A stretch of 63,072 nucleotides of DNA, filler included, from Folioceros fuciformis (taxonomy: Eukaryota), in NCBI GenBank assembly GCA_049999805.1. It is 9 parts of 9 records of this genome, joined end to end, with 100 filler letters (N's around TTAATTAATTAA, not from the genome) between each part and the next. Parts side by side here need not be neighbours in the genome. Positions count along the whole stretch, not along the records: positions 20,087 to 35,149 come from JBNGIO010005720.1; positions 35,250 to 48,902 come from JBNGIO010005721.1; 7 more parts are not named here. One strand, written 5' to 3'. The notes beneath the pieces were generated by a model. It was given only the letters and a program-made list of their open reading frames with translations. It searched no databases and was not told the DNA's origin. Both the position numbers and the translations under genes were made by a program. Of the stretch, positions 24,350 to 36,149 are shown piece after piece. The first letter of the stretch is position 1. Each line of letters starts with the position of its first letter.

Positions 24350-25638
24350 TGAGTTGGAATCATTCAACGGGTCCATGAGGACCTGGGTCATTACGGGGTA
24401 AAGAGAACTTACAATTTGTTGTTGCCTCACTTCCATTGGAACGGGATGTATGCTCAGCTACGTGATGAAGTGGGTAAGTGTGCTCAGTGTGATCGTGTGA
24501 AAGCCTCGTTCAGCAATCCACACTCACAGTTGCATCCACTGCCCATTATGGGTTTGTTCTTCCAGTGGTCATGTGACTTGGCAAGGGAATTCCCTCAAAC
24601 ACCTAGAGGGCATGTATACATCATTGTGATGGTGGTTCATTTCTCCAAGTGGTTGGAATTGGCAGCCCTTCCAAACAAGACATCCTGTAGTACGTCACAA
24701 CCGTTTCTACACAATGTAGTCAGTAGGTTTGGAAGCAGTGCAGAATGTTTGACTGACCAAGGAGCAGAATTCAAGGGGGAATTCCAGGATTTGCTAGATG
24801 CTGCCTTGATAGATCACTAGCGCACTAGCGGGGATCACCCACAAGCGGACGGACTCGTGGAGAGAATGGTCTAGACCATCACGCAAGCTTTGCGAAAGCT
24901 ATGTCTCACTAAGCCCAAACAGAGTGGGACATGCAGCTACCCTACATCGCCATGGGATATCGGATGAGCTGTCATGCAACTTTGGCAAACTTTTTGCCTT
25001 ACTTTTTGCTATTTGGGCAGGAGCCAGTACCTCCCGTAGCCATTGAGAAGCAGATGCAGGAAGGCTTGGACTTGGACAGTCCAGCAATGTGGGCGCGGGC
25101 CATAGGAGAACAGGCAGCACTGTTTAGAAGGGTCATGCCTATGGCCATGGCCAACTTGCAAATTGCGCAACACCGTGACACTCTCCGATATGCTTATACA
25201 CGAAGTGGCAACTTCCGACCTAAGGTGCGTAAATTTCAGTTCGGCGGCTATGTGTATTTGTAGTGCCAAACGCAGGATACGCTGGAGCCGAGCACCAGTA
25301 GGCATGTTTTGCAAGTAAAGGAAGTTTGGAGCAACAGCGTGTTGGTCTTGGAGGGGGCAGACGGGCGCACAATTACAAATCACATGAAGAATTGCGCACC
25401 ATGCCACTTACCCAATTTAGGTCCAACGATCATAACAGCAAAATGGGTTCCCTCGGCGGACTACCCCTGTCAGATTTTTCAAAGGATCGATGATCCACAA
25501 CTAATGTTGTTGTGTGACCACTGTAATGGTGGTTTTCATTTGTTCTGCTTACAGCCATCGCTGACTAAAGTGCCCGACAGTGTGTGGTTTTGCCCTCGAT
25601 GCAGTGGACAAGCAGAGCTGGGACACTCTTCTACCTAA
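24350..25638 (+). mobile_element. Ty3/gypsy integrase (HHCC, DDE core) with C-terminal PHD finger, decayed
   Basis: HEDLGH...CAQC, WSCDLA, TDQGAEF, PQADGLVER; PHD CQIF...LLCDHCNGGFHLFCL...WFCPRC at 25468-25602, in frame with the integrase C-terminal region across a TAG. Confidence 0.9.
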
Positions 25639-25755
25639 GGGGTGAGTTGCTTTAGGTAAGCTCATTGACTCCAACTCATGCAGCTGTGGTCTCCATGGCA
25701 CCCAACTGGGGGGGGGAATTAGGATAAATCCATTTTTCTCCCTTTTCACTACTCT

Positions 25756-26055
25756 TGTGAAGACACACCTAGCCAGTGGGCAACATCGGAGGACAAGATG
25801 CTAGGAAGATGAGATNNNNNNNNNNGAGGTGCTGCTTGTCGGTGTGATCGAAAGGGAGATGACTTACTTCAGCTCAGGTTTTTGTGCTGCTTGATCGCTG
25901 GGTGTGTGTGTTGGGTAGTCTAGGGATTAGCCATTGGTGTTCGCTGTGACTACCGTGGTGGACACTAGGGCCTGAATGAGGGGTGACTTGCATGACGTGT
26001 GTGTTGTGTGCCGTCTACGAGACCCTTCAAACCTTAATTGAATTTACTTCTCACA
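25756..26055 (+). mobile_element. Putative LTR of the DNMT/PHD gypsy element (contains a 10-N gap)
   Basis: TGTGAAGA...TTCTCACA termini; G-run at about 25708-25716 upstream; no TSD; no clear PBS. Confidence 0.4.
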
Positions 26056-27661
26056 ATTGAGTTTGTGCCTTGGCTTATTGCTAAGGTCTCAGGATAGGAA
26101 CATCAGCTGATACAAGCAGCTGACAGGTGTTGTTGATCACGCTGTGAAGACTTGTGCTTAAAGTAATACATGTGTCTAAGGTACACTCTTGGACAAGCTA
26201 AGGACACCCTAAGGACAGCAGCAAGGCCAAGCCAGCCACAACTACAGCAACTACGATGGGTCCACTATGCAATAGGTGCGCTAGCACGAAGCACCTAGCA
26301 CCAGCGTGTAGGTGTCTAGTGGAGTCTTTGCAATGCTCACATTGTCACAAGTTTGGACATGTGGTAGCAGTGTGCTTCCAAAAGCACCCAGAGCGGCGCC
26401 AGCAGAGGACTGCAATCGGCATCGGCACGCCCACTACCACAAGTGAAGGAAGCTCGGATACATTTGCTAAGTCAGGAACTTCATCGGTCACCAAGAGTAA
26501 AGCTTGATGTGACAAGGTCAAGCAGAAGTCAGCGGCTCAAGCGGATAAGATGAGTGCTTTGGAGACGGCAATGGCCGCTCTCACTACCCAAGTAAGCACC
26601 ATTGTTGCAAGTTTAGCTGTCACTAAGCTTGCCAGTACCGTGGAGTTAGAACCAGGTGGAACCTCAGACTCTGAAGGGGAGGACTATGGTTGAGCCTGGG
26701 AGACATGCGTTGCTGATAGGTTTTGCATCTGGAAAAATGATTGCTGGAGGGCAGCACCAAGGAGGGTTGAAGACTGAGAGTTTACCACAATCGTGGGTAG
26801 GCCAGGTGCCGAGCCCTGCAACAATGTCAACATGTCTTCATGGAGTTAGAGCGGTCATACCTCAGTTCTTCCAGCAGCTACCACCTGAAGTAGCGATGTC
26901 GTTTGAGGGGCGCTAATCATTTACTGGATGAGGAAGCATTGGGAGGTGGAACTCGGCAGAAGCGTCCAGTTGCAGGAACGCGAGCCGCATCAAGTTTACG
27001 TCATCTGCATCCAGGTGTCCCTGAGTTCACGGGCAAGGATCTTATGGCTTGGATAAAGTCAACACCACTCTTTAGTCTGGCTGAACTTGGTACAACGAAT
27101 CTCACCTCTGAGCCATGTTGTTGTCTAATGACCCTCGAGTGTTGGTGGAACCCAGCCTACCCAGTGGATGCGCAGAAGCTATGACAAGCAATCTTGGGGA
27201 GCTGGAGTGTTCTTAGGATACGGGAGTAGATGCCCTAGCATGAGGAGAGGTGGTACAGGTTGCACATTTGGCAAAAGTGGTGCTGGGTTTGCCTGTTGTA
27301 CAACCCACGAATCGTGTACGTGTCAGAGTCAGCAATGTCTTGGTGGACAACAGGGACGGACACGTACTTGTCAACGACTTGGCTCCTAGGGCTGTTTTGC
27401 TTGATACTGGAGCTCAACTAGTGATCTTGGGCAAGACCTTGGCAGCTATGTTAAGGTTGACTGGAGAAGCCTTGAAGCCATCCCCGGGGGACATACGGAC
27501 GGCTTCCGGTGCTGTGGAGCCTGTGTGTGGGGAAACGGTGCAACCTATGCGAATTACCTTGAAGGCAAGCACTGATGACGAGATGATGTTGCCAATGCGT
27601 TGTTTAGTGACCATGGCGACTAACTACGACATCTTGCTAGGGCAAGAGTTTCTGTTCCCAC

Positions 27662-27921
27662 TAAAGATTAGGATCGAGGAGGCAAGGAGATCGAGATCTG
27701 GCAAGGCGAGAGTGAAAGTAGAAGAGATATTTTTATTTCAGACCATGTGGTCTCTTATAGTACGTTAACGGTTACGTCCTGTGAATGTAGAGGCACGACG
27801 TTTGAGTTTGGGACGCCAACCCTTGTGTGTGACGTTGCAAATCCACTTAGTATTTAATTAGGCCTATTTACTATAAATGCTGGATATATAATATGAATAA
27901 ACCTATTTTATCCTACCAATA
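27662..27921. mobile_element. 260-bp insertion (probable solo LTR) at the end of the gypsy protease
   Basis: Flanked by a CCCAC duplication (27657-27661 and 27922-27926); removing it restores FLFPPDVTIDNW. Confidence 0.8.
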
Positions 27922-28426
27922 CCCACCCGATGTCACGATTGACAATTGGGTGGAACAAGCTACTTATTGTCTAGACTAGCGTCAGGGTGGTCAACGTACT
28001 GCTCATATTCCTCTGGATTTGCATGGAGTCACACAAGCTACAGAGGTTTCTACTGTGGAAACATAGGCATGCATGGCCACTCTGGTGGATCAGAAACTTA
28101 TGTAGGAGCTAGAATTAGCTCTTGATGACAAGGGAGATGAGTGGTTGCAAGAATGTGAGAGTCCAAAAGAGTTTCCACTATAGCAGTATTTGCAAGAGGC
28201 TGAGGGTTATCACAGTAACACTTATCGCACTTCCATTTTTGCGGTTGATGTCACTCAGGCAGGGGTATTGAGACAAGGACCTATGCATCAGGTGCAGGAG
28301 CAAGTGGCTCACGCCATGAAAATCTTGCAGGAGCCTTTTATGGGCACGTCCTTATTGACCAATGGACCACCCCCTTGTATGTCAACCGTCAACACTGCGA
28401 TTGTATCTTGGACCCCACCTGTAGCA

Positions 28427-28798
28427 GGTATTACACTCATGGAGCTTTTCAGAGGACTCTGCACAGAGCTTGAAGCAGCACTGCGATGTGGTCTACAGGT
28501 GCAGCAATACATTTACTGTGACGTTTGCCCGGCAGTCAGGCATATGGCGGAGCATCGGGTTCGTATGTTACATGACATGTACCCAGAGCAACTCAGTTTG
28601 CATGCTTGTCAAAGCATGTTTCAGGCTCTACCACAGATTGTCACTTACGTTCAACGTAGCCATGTGCAGCACTTGGGACCTGTAGATCTTATCGTTGCTG
28701 GCTGGGAGTGTCAGGGTCTCTCACGGGCAGGTCATGGAGCAGGGCTGTCAAATCCTAGATCAGGACTTTTTTGAGACCTAGCACAAATCCTAGTGTGG
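28427..28798 (+). pseudogene. Retrotransposon-encoded C5-cytosine DNA methyltransferase, N-terminal half (motifs I-V)
   Basis: GITLMELFRGLCTELEA (motif I, FxG), YIYCD (II), VDLIVAGWECQGLSRAG (IV, catalytic Cys), GLSNPRSGLF (V). Confidence 0.85.
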
Positions 28799-29082
28799 TA
28801 CGGCAGAAGCGCAACAGGAAGCCTTTAGCCTACTGAAAGGCAAGCTGATGGACATGCCTATCATGGCTAGGCCAAATTTCAGTCAACCATGCTGGCTACA
28901 CACTGATTGGAGCAACCTAGGAGTGGGGATGGTGCTGGCTCAACAGGATGATGAGGGCCATAAGAGAGTCATCGCCTATGCCTCAAGAAGCAATAATCGG
29001 GCAGAAGCAAACTACTCGAGTTATGAGGATGAGCTGTTGGCTGCAGTGTGGGCCGTGTGTCACTTTAGAACCTACTTGTACA

Positions 29083-29385
29083 TTAGGACGTTCATGAAGG
29101 ATTGCTACAAGGAGCTACATGGTGAAGGAGGAGAAGAGGAGGCAAGGAGGAGAGGAGAAAGAGAGGTCACACTCTCACAATGAGTCTCTATAGCAAGGGA
29201 GCTCAAGGGGGTATTTATACCCTCTAGAAGAGCTCCCTAGGAAGCTTCACTAGAAGCGCACAGGAAGCTACACAAGAAGCTTCCTACAGATTAGCTTAAG
29301 CTAATCTAACTAATGGTACTTAACTAGACACTAATCTTAGACTAAACACATTAGTGTAAGCACATTGGGCTTTAATAACCCTACA
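29083..29385. mobile_element. About 300-bp LTR-like insertion in the gypsy RNase H; ends approximate
   Basis: Interrupts HFRTYLY / FTL..DHQP; no clean TSD. Confidence 0.6.
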
Positions 29386-29864
29386 GTTCACACTGTTACA
29401 GATCATCAACCACCTTGTTGGCTAATGATTAACACTAAGTTGAATGGTAAGTTAGCCTGGGGGGCAATGATCTTACATGATTATAGCTTTGAGGTGGTGC
29501 ATCGACCAGGGATGTGACATCAAAATGCTGATATCTTGTCAAGGAATCCTAATCCGAGCTCTGTTGATGAGACTGAAGCGCGACGAGATGAGAAGGATGA
29601 GGCTCTGAGCATGGTAGCGTTAGTATGCATGCTGAGTGTGTTGTCGTGCTATTTGGTTAGCAATACTCAGTCACAGAGAGACATTTGGGAGGATGAGTCA
29701 ATTTTGCAGTATGTAAAAACTGGTCAGCTGAAGTCCAAGTTGGATGTGTCACAGCATGAGAGGATTCAGTAGAGGGCTGCACGCTATGAATGGAGAGATG
29801 GCCACCTGCTGCGGAAGTTGGCGAGTGGAGCAAAAAGGTTAGTGCCACCGCCACAGGATTGAGT

Positions 29865-32800
29865 TGTTAGGAATTAAGCCTTACTCGCTTAGGGTTAATA
29901 ATCGGATTACTTATATTTAGGTTTTATTATCTAAGGGTCATCTAGTGAAGAGGCACCTAGTGCATATATAGACATACTTTAAACACTCTTTGTAATTATT
30001 CTTATCAATTGTCTTATGTTCTTTTCTCTCCTGCTCTTCTTTTCTGGTCATGTTCAATAATTATCATGGTATCAGAGCCATGAGCATATACAATTACAAA
30101 CTTTGCTATCGTACACACTTCCGCTGCCTCGCAGGATGAGAAGCTAAGAATATAATTTCTATGAGCTAATATTTGGACAAGTAAGAAGAGCGGCTGGGAA
30201 TTCAACAGAATTCAGCACTATCTCTGGATGCTAGCTAAATCTTGTTGAAGACCCTGCTCCCCTTCCTGCAAGTCAGAGTTAGCCTAATTTCTATGGATTT
30301 TGCTACTAATGTAGAATGATTATCCAGCTGTCCAACCTGTACAGAATATTGCTGTAGTAAGCACTCTAAAAATGCCAAGGTGCAAAAATAAGCAGGCCAC
30401 AAGGCCATCATTTTCTGGTCAATTCAGACCTGATGGAGTGCCTGCAGGATATACAGCGAATGGCAATTGTCAGCAACAATCACCATCACAGCCAATTCAA
30501 CTACAAGACTGTGCACTAGTGACATTGACAGATCTTACCTGAAGAAATGATTCTGAGCGTGAGATGTATAGACCACTTCAAGATTTCTCCCGGCCAGATT
30601 CCGGATGTTCGACTAGCAGCTCGAGTTTCCAACTGTGGTGAAGAGTCACAGGCTGTTGAGGGGAATGGCACACGTGGATGTGCTTGTTCTGCTTCTGTCC
30701 AGGTCTCGTGACATTTCATACCCTACCTGTCAACCATTTTTAGGGTTAGTTCATTTAAACAATGTTTTTTGAACTCATATCCCTAACGGAATACCGTTTC
30801 GATAAGGGGGGCGGGTTTTGTGTCTTACTTACTTGTTAAGCACTTTAGCACCTCTTCACCTTAGTTGGTGCCTCCCCCTATCACATCCGCCTGTTTCCCC
30901 TTGCTGCTCAAAACATCACAGACTCTCTAGCAATGTGGACGCGCCATCCTCCCCCTCCTCCACCAGTGCCTGGATCTTTTACACATGTCTTCATGTCAAA
31001 GTTAAAAGAAAAAGACAGGTTTACTGGACAAAAATATGAGCTATGGAAGGTGAGGATGAAGTCCACTCTGCTTGCTAGAAATGTCAGGGGATATGCTGAT
31101 GGTTCTATTCCAGAACCAGCATCTACAGCAACCAAAGGAGAAAAGGATCATTGGGCACATGCTAACAGCGTATGCATGGCCCTCCTTATTGCTGGTCTTT
31201 CTGAAAACCTCCTCCCCGACGTAGAATTCCTCACCAAGGCAAGTCAAATGTGGCAACAGCTTGCTGATACTTATCAAGTGCGCAATGTCATGACGTTATG
31301 TGCACTTTGCTTAGAATTCTATGGACTGAAACTGAAAGAAGGGGATAAGGTACTTACACATTGCAACAAGTTTCGTCACTTGAGAGCTCAACTTGCTGCT
31401 GTAGGCACCAAAATGGATGAGATTGATGCAGTGGCTCAATTGCTTACGAGCCTCCCTCCCAGCTACCAGAATTTTGTATCTTCACATAATGTTCCCATTA
31501 GAACAGCAAATGTTGCTGTTGCTGCTGGACAGGCCTCTCCACTCACCCTTGACGGGGTGATAGGCGCGTTATACCAGGAAGAGCAAAGCAGGCTCATGTC
31601 AGGGTCTGGATCCAAGTCCAAAGCTGACAGTGTTTTCTGCTTTTTGTGGTAAACCATTCCAGAGGGGCAGGCCAAGACATGTGATAGGTACACATCCTCC
31701 TCGCCATGAGACTCGCCATGAGGCTGGTCCGTCAACTATTAAGCGTCAGGGCACCTGTAACTGGTGTGGTATCCCTGGACACTGGGTGAAGGAATGCCGT
31801 AAGAAGAGAGCTGATGAACCTCAGAAGGCTCCCATAACTGCATCAGCTGCCACTGTTAGAGAAAAACTCTCCAGTGTAGGTTCTTCAAAGCCAGTGGTAA
31901 AAATACTGACTGTTTGTCTTACCTCATCGACACATGACACATCTTCTTGGTTCCTGGATTGTGGAGCCACCACATCACACATTTGTCATGATGAGACCCA
32001 ATTCACCAGTCTGCAGCTCACATCAAACGTGGAGCGTGTTTACCTGGGTGATGAACACATTGACACGAGTTTACAGATCCTTGGTCAAGGTTGCTGTAAA
32101 TTCAGACTGAATGACAAGATATTCCTTACATTATCTGATGTCCTCTATGTGCCTCGTATGGCCAAAAACTTGTTATCTTTGAGCAAGTTGATGAAGACCC
32201 AATGTTTTCTTCTCCAAGTTTCAAATACCTCCTGTTGCTTCTATCGGAACTCTGCTCCGTCTATATGTGTGTTTCGAGCACATCTTGAACATGACTTGTA
32301 TCGCCTGGACATCAAATGCATCCTCAGTTCTCATCCTCAGGCTCATTCTACAAGTGTAGGAAACCCTTCAGCTACTCAGCAAGAAGTCTTATGGCATGCA
32401 CGCTTGGGTCATGTCAATCACACAACTATGATTTCCGTGAGCAAGCATGCTGGTTATCGAGAACCCTTACCTTCTTGTCTGCAGGATCTACCCCTCTGTG
32501 AGACATGTGCTTTGGCCAAACAGAAGGAACTTCCTTTTCCTAGCACACCTGCTCACAGATCTACTCAACTGCTTGAATTGGTCCATGCTAATATCTCAGG
32601 CCACCTTCAGGTTTCTTCACTTGGGGGGGCAGACTACTATTTCACTATCACTGATGATTACAGTAGATACACATGGACATTCCCCCTGCATAAGAAAAGT
32701 GACACCTTTCCTTTATTTCAAGATTGGCTAGTCCCTGTACAACGACAAATTGGTTGCCTCTTGAAGCTGTTCAGGTCTGACAACGGGACAGAATTTGTTA

Positions 32801-33530
32801 ACAATGCTTTCACCACTTTCCTGGAATCACATGGCATTATACATCAGCTTATTGTCCCATACACGCAGCAGCAAAATGGCATTGCTGAACGTAAAAACCA
32901 GACACTTATGGGAATCAGAAGAGCTATGCTATTATGGTCAAGTTTACCATCCCCATATTGGGCAGAAGTAGTTGTCACGTCCACATATATTCTGAACAGG
33001 TTGTTAACCAGTTCTCTAACCTCCAAGACACCATATAAGCTTTTCTGGAAACGTAAGCCCAACTTACTACATCTTAGGGTATTTGGCTCCAAGGCCTTCG
33101 CATATATACCTTCTGAGAAGCGACGCAAGCTTGACAACAGGTCTCAAAGCCTTATTTTTATTGGCTACAGCGAACATGTAAAAGCTTACAAGCTTATTGA
33201 CCCTTCTTCATGTCAGCCTGTCCTAGCACGTAGTGTGACTTTCGTTGAACCATTGCAGCCAGTTACACAGTCAGCAATTTATGACACATATTCTAGCTCA
33301 AATGTATCACCTGCTACTCTAGACGATGAGGATAATTCTGATGGAATTGTTTCAGTTTACCCTCTTGATGCTGATGGTGATCCAAGTGTCCCTCTTGTCC
33401 AGCCTGTTGCACCTCCTTTTGCTCATATGAATGCTGATCCACCAGCCCAGCCTGATGCCCCTGACATCCTTGATGCACCTGCTCCACCCTTAGATGATGC
33501 AGCACGAGCACTGTTAGATCTAGATGATTT
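29865..33530 (+). mobile_element. Copia-A 5' part: 5' LTR (29865-30066), PBS-Met (30067-30079), long leader, gag, protease, integrase
   Basis: 202-bp LTR nearly identical to 24148-24349 and preceded by TGAGT; CNWCGIPGHWVKEC; FLDCGATTSH; RSDNGTEF; QQNGIAERKN. Confidence 0.95.
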
Positions 33531-35149
33531 TGTAAGAAAAATAAGGAATGCTAGAAACGTGTCAAGGCATCTTGACATCGTGTGTGCAATAGCCAACAAG
33601 CAATAAGGAATAACAAAATAATGAATTGGATAAACGTCAATGAACATAGAGTTGTTTATATAGTTAAACCTAATATGCCTAGGTTAACGTTAATATACTT
33701 AACGTATATTTTTCATACTCCCACATAACCTAGGCAGTATTTAAGAACTGAATAAAACGTGCATCGCGTGAAACAGTGAGCATTATGCTTTTGAAAACGG
33801 AACGGGAAGCTCAAACAACGGGGTCTTCCACTCGCAGAGAGCAGTGCCAACACCATGTCTCAACTACTTGCCGTCGTCGCGCTCGTAATAGCTGTGTTCT
33901 GTATCATCATCCAGTGGCAAGAATCAATGATGACGAGAAGCGAAGCGTGCTACCAGCCTGTAGAAGATGAGGAGCCGAGCGCCAGAGAAGGAGGCAGAAG
34001 GAAGAAGTCTGCGCTTAGGGCAGAGCGGCGCAAGCCCAGGGAATGGAAACCTTTCAACCTGCAGCACTATTTGAGGAGCTACGACTGGGAAGTGGAGCTG
34101 GCGGTAAGTGTTACTATGAGGAAGAGGTGGTTGACCTAGGAGACATTCCTGCAGTGGACCCTCTCAGGGGCATTAGAGTGCGATGGCATGAAGCGGTCAA
34201 CACTCCGCTGCCCGCTGAAGATGGGGAAGAGGAAAAGGTTCCTGCTGAAGTTGTAAAGCTGTCTTAGGAGATGTTTAGGCTTTCACAAAGAGACAAAGGG
34301 AAAAGGACGCAAGGTTAGGTAAGGACTGTTGGCTTCATCCATGCTCCTTTTCTTGTGTGCCGAAAGCAGGAGGGTAATGACTGACTTGTAGATTGTGTTT
34401 GTGTGTGTCGCACGACACAAGTAGATAGGAAGTGTAGGAAAGTCTGTCAGCTGAGGCTGCAATCTGTAAAACCTAAATTATAAGGGGGTTTTTGAGATCA
34501 GAGGACATAGGCCCTCACCCCTCCCACAGACTCCAGGTCAGTTGTTACCTTCCAAGTAGGTGGCTGAAGTCTTTAAGTCCAAGCGATTCCATGTGCAATC
34601 TGTGCTTCAGCTTAGGCAGTGCTTTTGTCAAGATATCGGCTGTGTTCTCAGCAGTGGGAACATATGCCAGTTGGATAACTCCTCTTGCAACTGTGTCTCT
34701 GATATAGTGGTGCTTGATCTCAAAGTGTTTCGTCCTTGCATGAAATCTTGGATTGGTGACCAAGGCAATTGCGGAAATATTGTCACAGCGGAGGATTGTG
34801 GGTTCCAGCTGCTCAACATGAAGATCCTTAAGATAAGCACACTCCCACGCAGCCTCCTTTGCAGAATCAGTAAGAGAGATGTATTCTGCTTCAGTGGAAG
34901 ACAACGCAATTGATTGCTGTTTCTTGCAGGACCAGTTCACTGCAGCACCAGCTAATAGAAAGCAGTATGTGGAAAGACTCTTCCTAGAGTCAGAATCTGA
35001 AGCCCAATCAGTGTCCGTGTATGCAGATAATTGAAGACCTGAAGGTGACCCAACTTGATAGAAGAGTCCAATTGTCATGGTACCCTTGAGATAGCGGTAA
35101 ATCCGCTTCACAGCTGCCCAATGCACACGTCCAGGCTTCTCCATGAACT
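33531..35149 (-). mobile_element. Copia-C 3' part: RT end and RNase H (34545-35149), 3' region, 3' LTR (33531-33715)
   Basis: YTDTDWASD, SSTEAEY, RCDNISAI, TKHFEIKHHY, ADILTKAL; minus-strand LTR TGAAAA...CTTACA preceded by GTGGGAGTA. Confidence 0.9.
33855..34267 (+). pseudogene. Antisense ORF(s) in the Copia-C 3' region with an N-terminal hydrophobic helix
   Basis: MSQLLAVVALVIAVFCIIIQW...RRKK...EWKPF...LRSYDWEVELAVSVTM, plus an overlapping acidic frame ending at 34267. Confidence 0.45.
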
Positions 35150-35249
35150 NNNNNNNNNNNNNNNNNNNNNNNNNNNNNNNNNNNNNNNNNNNNTTAATTA
35201 ATTAANNNNNNNNNNNNNNNNNNNNNNNNNNNNNNNNNNNNNNNNNNNN

Positions 35250-36149
35250 GTAGTTAGAAATCGGTAGGGGGAAGTATTGGGGCCCTTCCAAGTGAAGGAA
35301 TGGTGCCTTCCTATTGACTGGACGTGTTGAAGGTATGCGCTGGGGAAGGTTGAATGTCGTAGGTGAACGATAAACACAGTTGGAGAGAGCTGAGCAGGCT
35401 CGAAGGAAAGCTTGTTGGTCGTAGGGAGACGAGCAGCTAGATTGTGGGGTTGAGGAAGGTGTCGTAGGGAGCCTTGTGAGGAAAAGGTATTGATTGTAGG
35501 GAGGTAGAAATCGGTAGAGGGGGGTACTGGGGTCCTTCCAAGTGAGGGAATGGTGCTCTCCCACTGTCTGGACGTGTTACAGGATTGGTAGATACGTGAT
35601 TGGGACTGTTGATTGTTGTAGGGAATGATAGACGTAGCTGACCAGGCTCGGAGGGGAGCGATTCCGAGGAAGCCTGCAACGACCGTGGGATTGATGTGGC
35701 CACGATACATGTGCGCGGGTGCCTGGTAGAGGTACCAGACCCGCTTGCCCAGAATTATGCAACCCTGTTAGCCAGCCAGACCACCCTAACACATCACCCT
35801 GACATATCCCATATTCCCCGCTTCTAGGTTCAAACAATTGTTTATTATTTAATTATTTAATACTATCTTTAATTAATAATAAACAATCACCAAACCAAAA
35901 TTCAAACCTTCCCGACCCTATGGTCCAGTACCAGACCTAAACTTTCCCAGGTTTGGGATCAAACCTATACCCACTTTAATAACCACACCAATTATTTAAT
36001 GGTCAATTAACCTAATTAGTACAAGAAAAATAGAAAAATGACCAGAAAGTAAAGGAATATTAGGGAAAATAAGTAGAAAACCAAACCATACCACTATTAA
36101 CCCTTTTTCAACCAAAACAAATCATTACCCCAAACTTTGGAGGTTCACA
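35250..36149. mobile_element. Family Y LTR segment (35250 to about 35752, inverted relative to 52133) joined to an X-like LTR end
   Basis: 35250-35750 is the reverse complement of about 52135-52750; 35780-36149 matches 47650-48030 and ends GGAGGTTCACA. Confidence 0.8.

Larger units (their letters stand above)
26256..29864 (+). mobile_element. Ty3/gypsy 5' part: Gag zinc knuckles, protease, C5-methyltransferase, RT deleted, RNase H, integrase N-terminus
   Basis: CNRCASTKHLAPAC and CSHCHKFGHVVAVC; LLDTGAQ; ELFRG...AGWECQ; HTDWS...AYASRS...ELLA; DHQP; NADILSR; RLVPPPQD. Confidence 0.9.

Noticed and set aside
25603-25755. Chromodomain expected after the PHD finger
   Set aside because: No chromodomain-like aromatic pattern seen; the frame stops at 25638.
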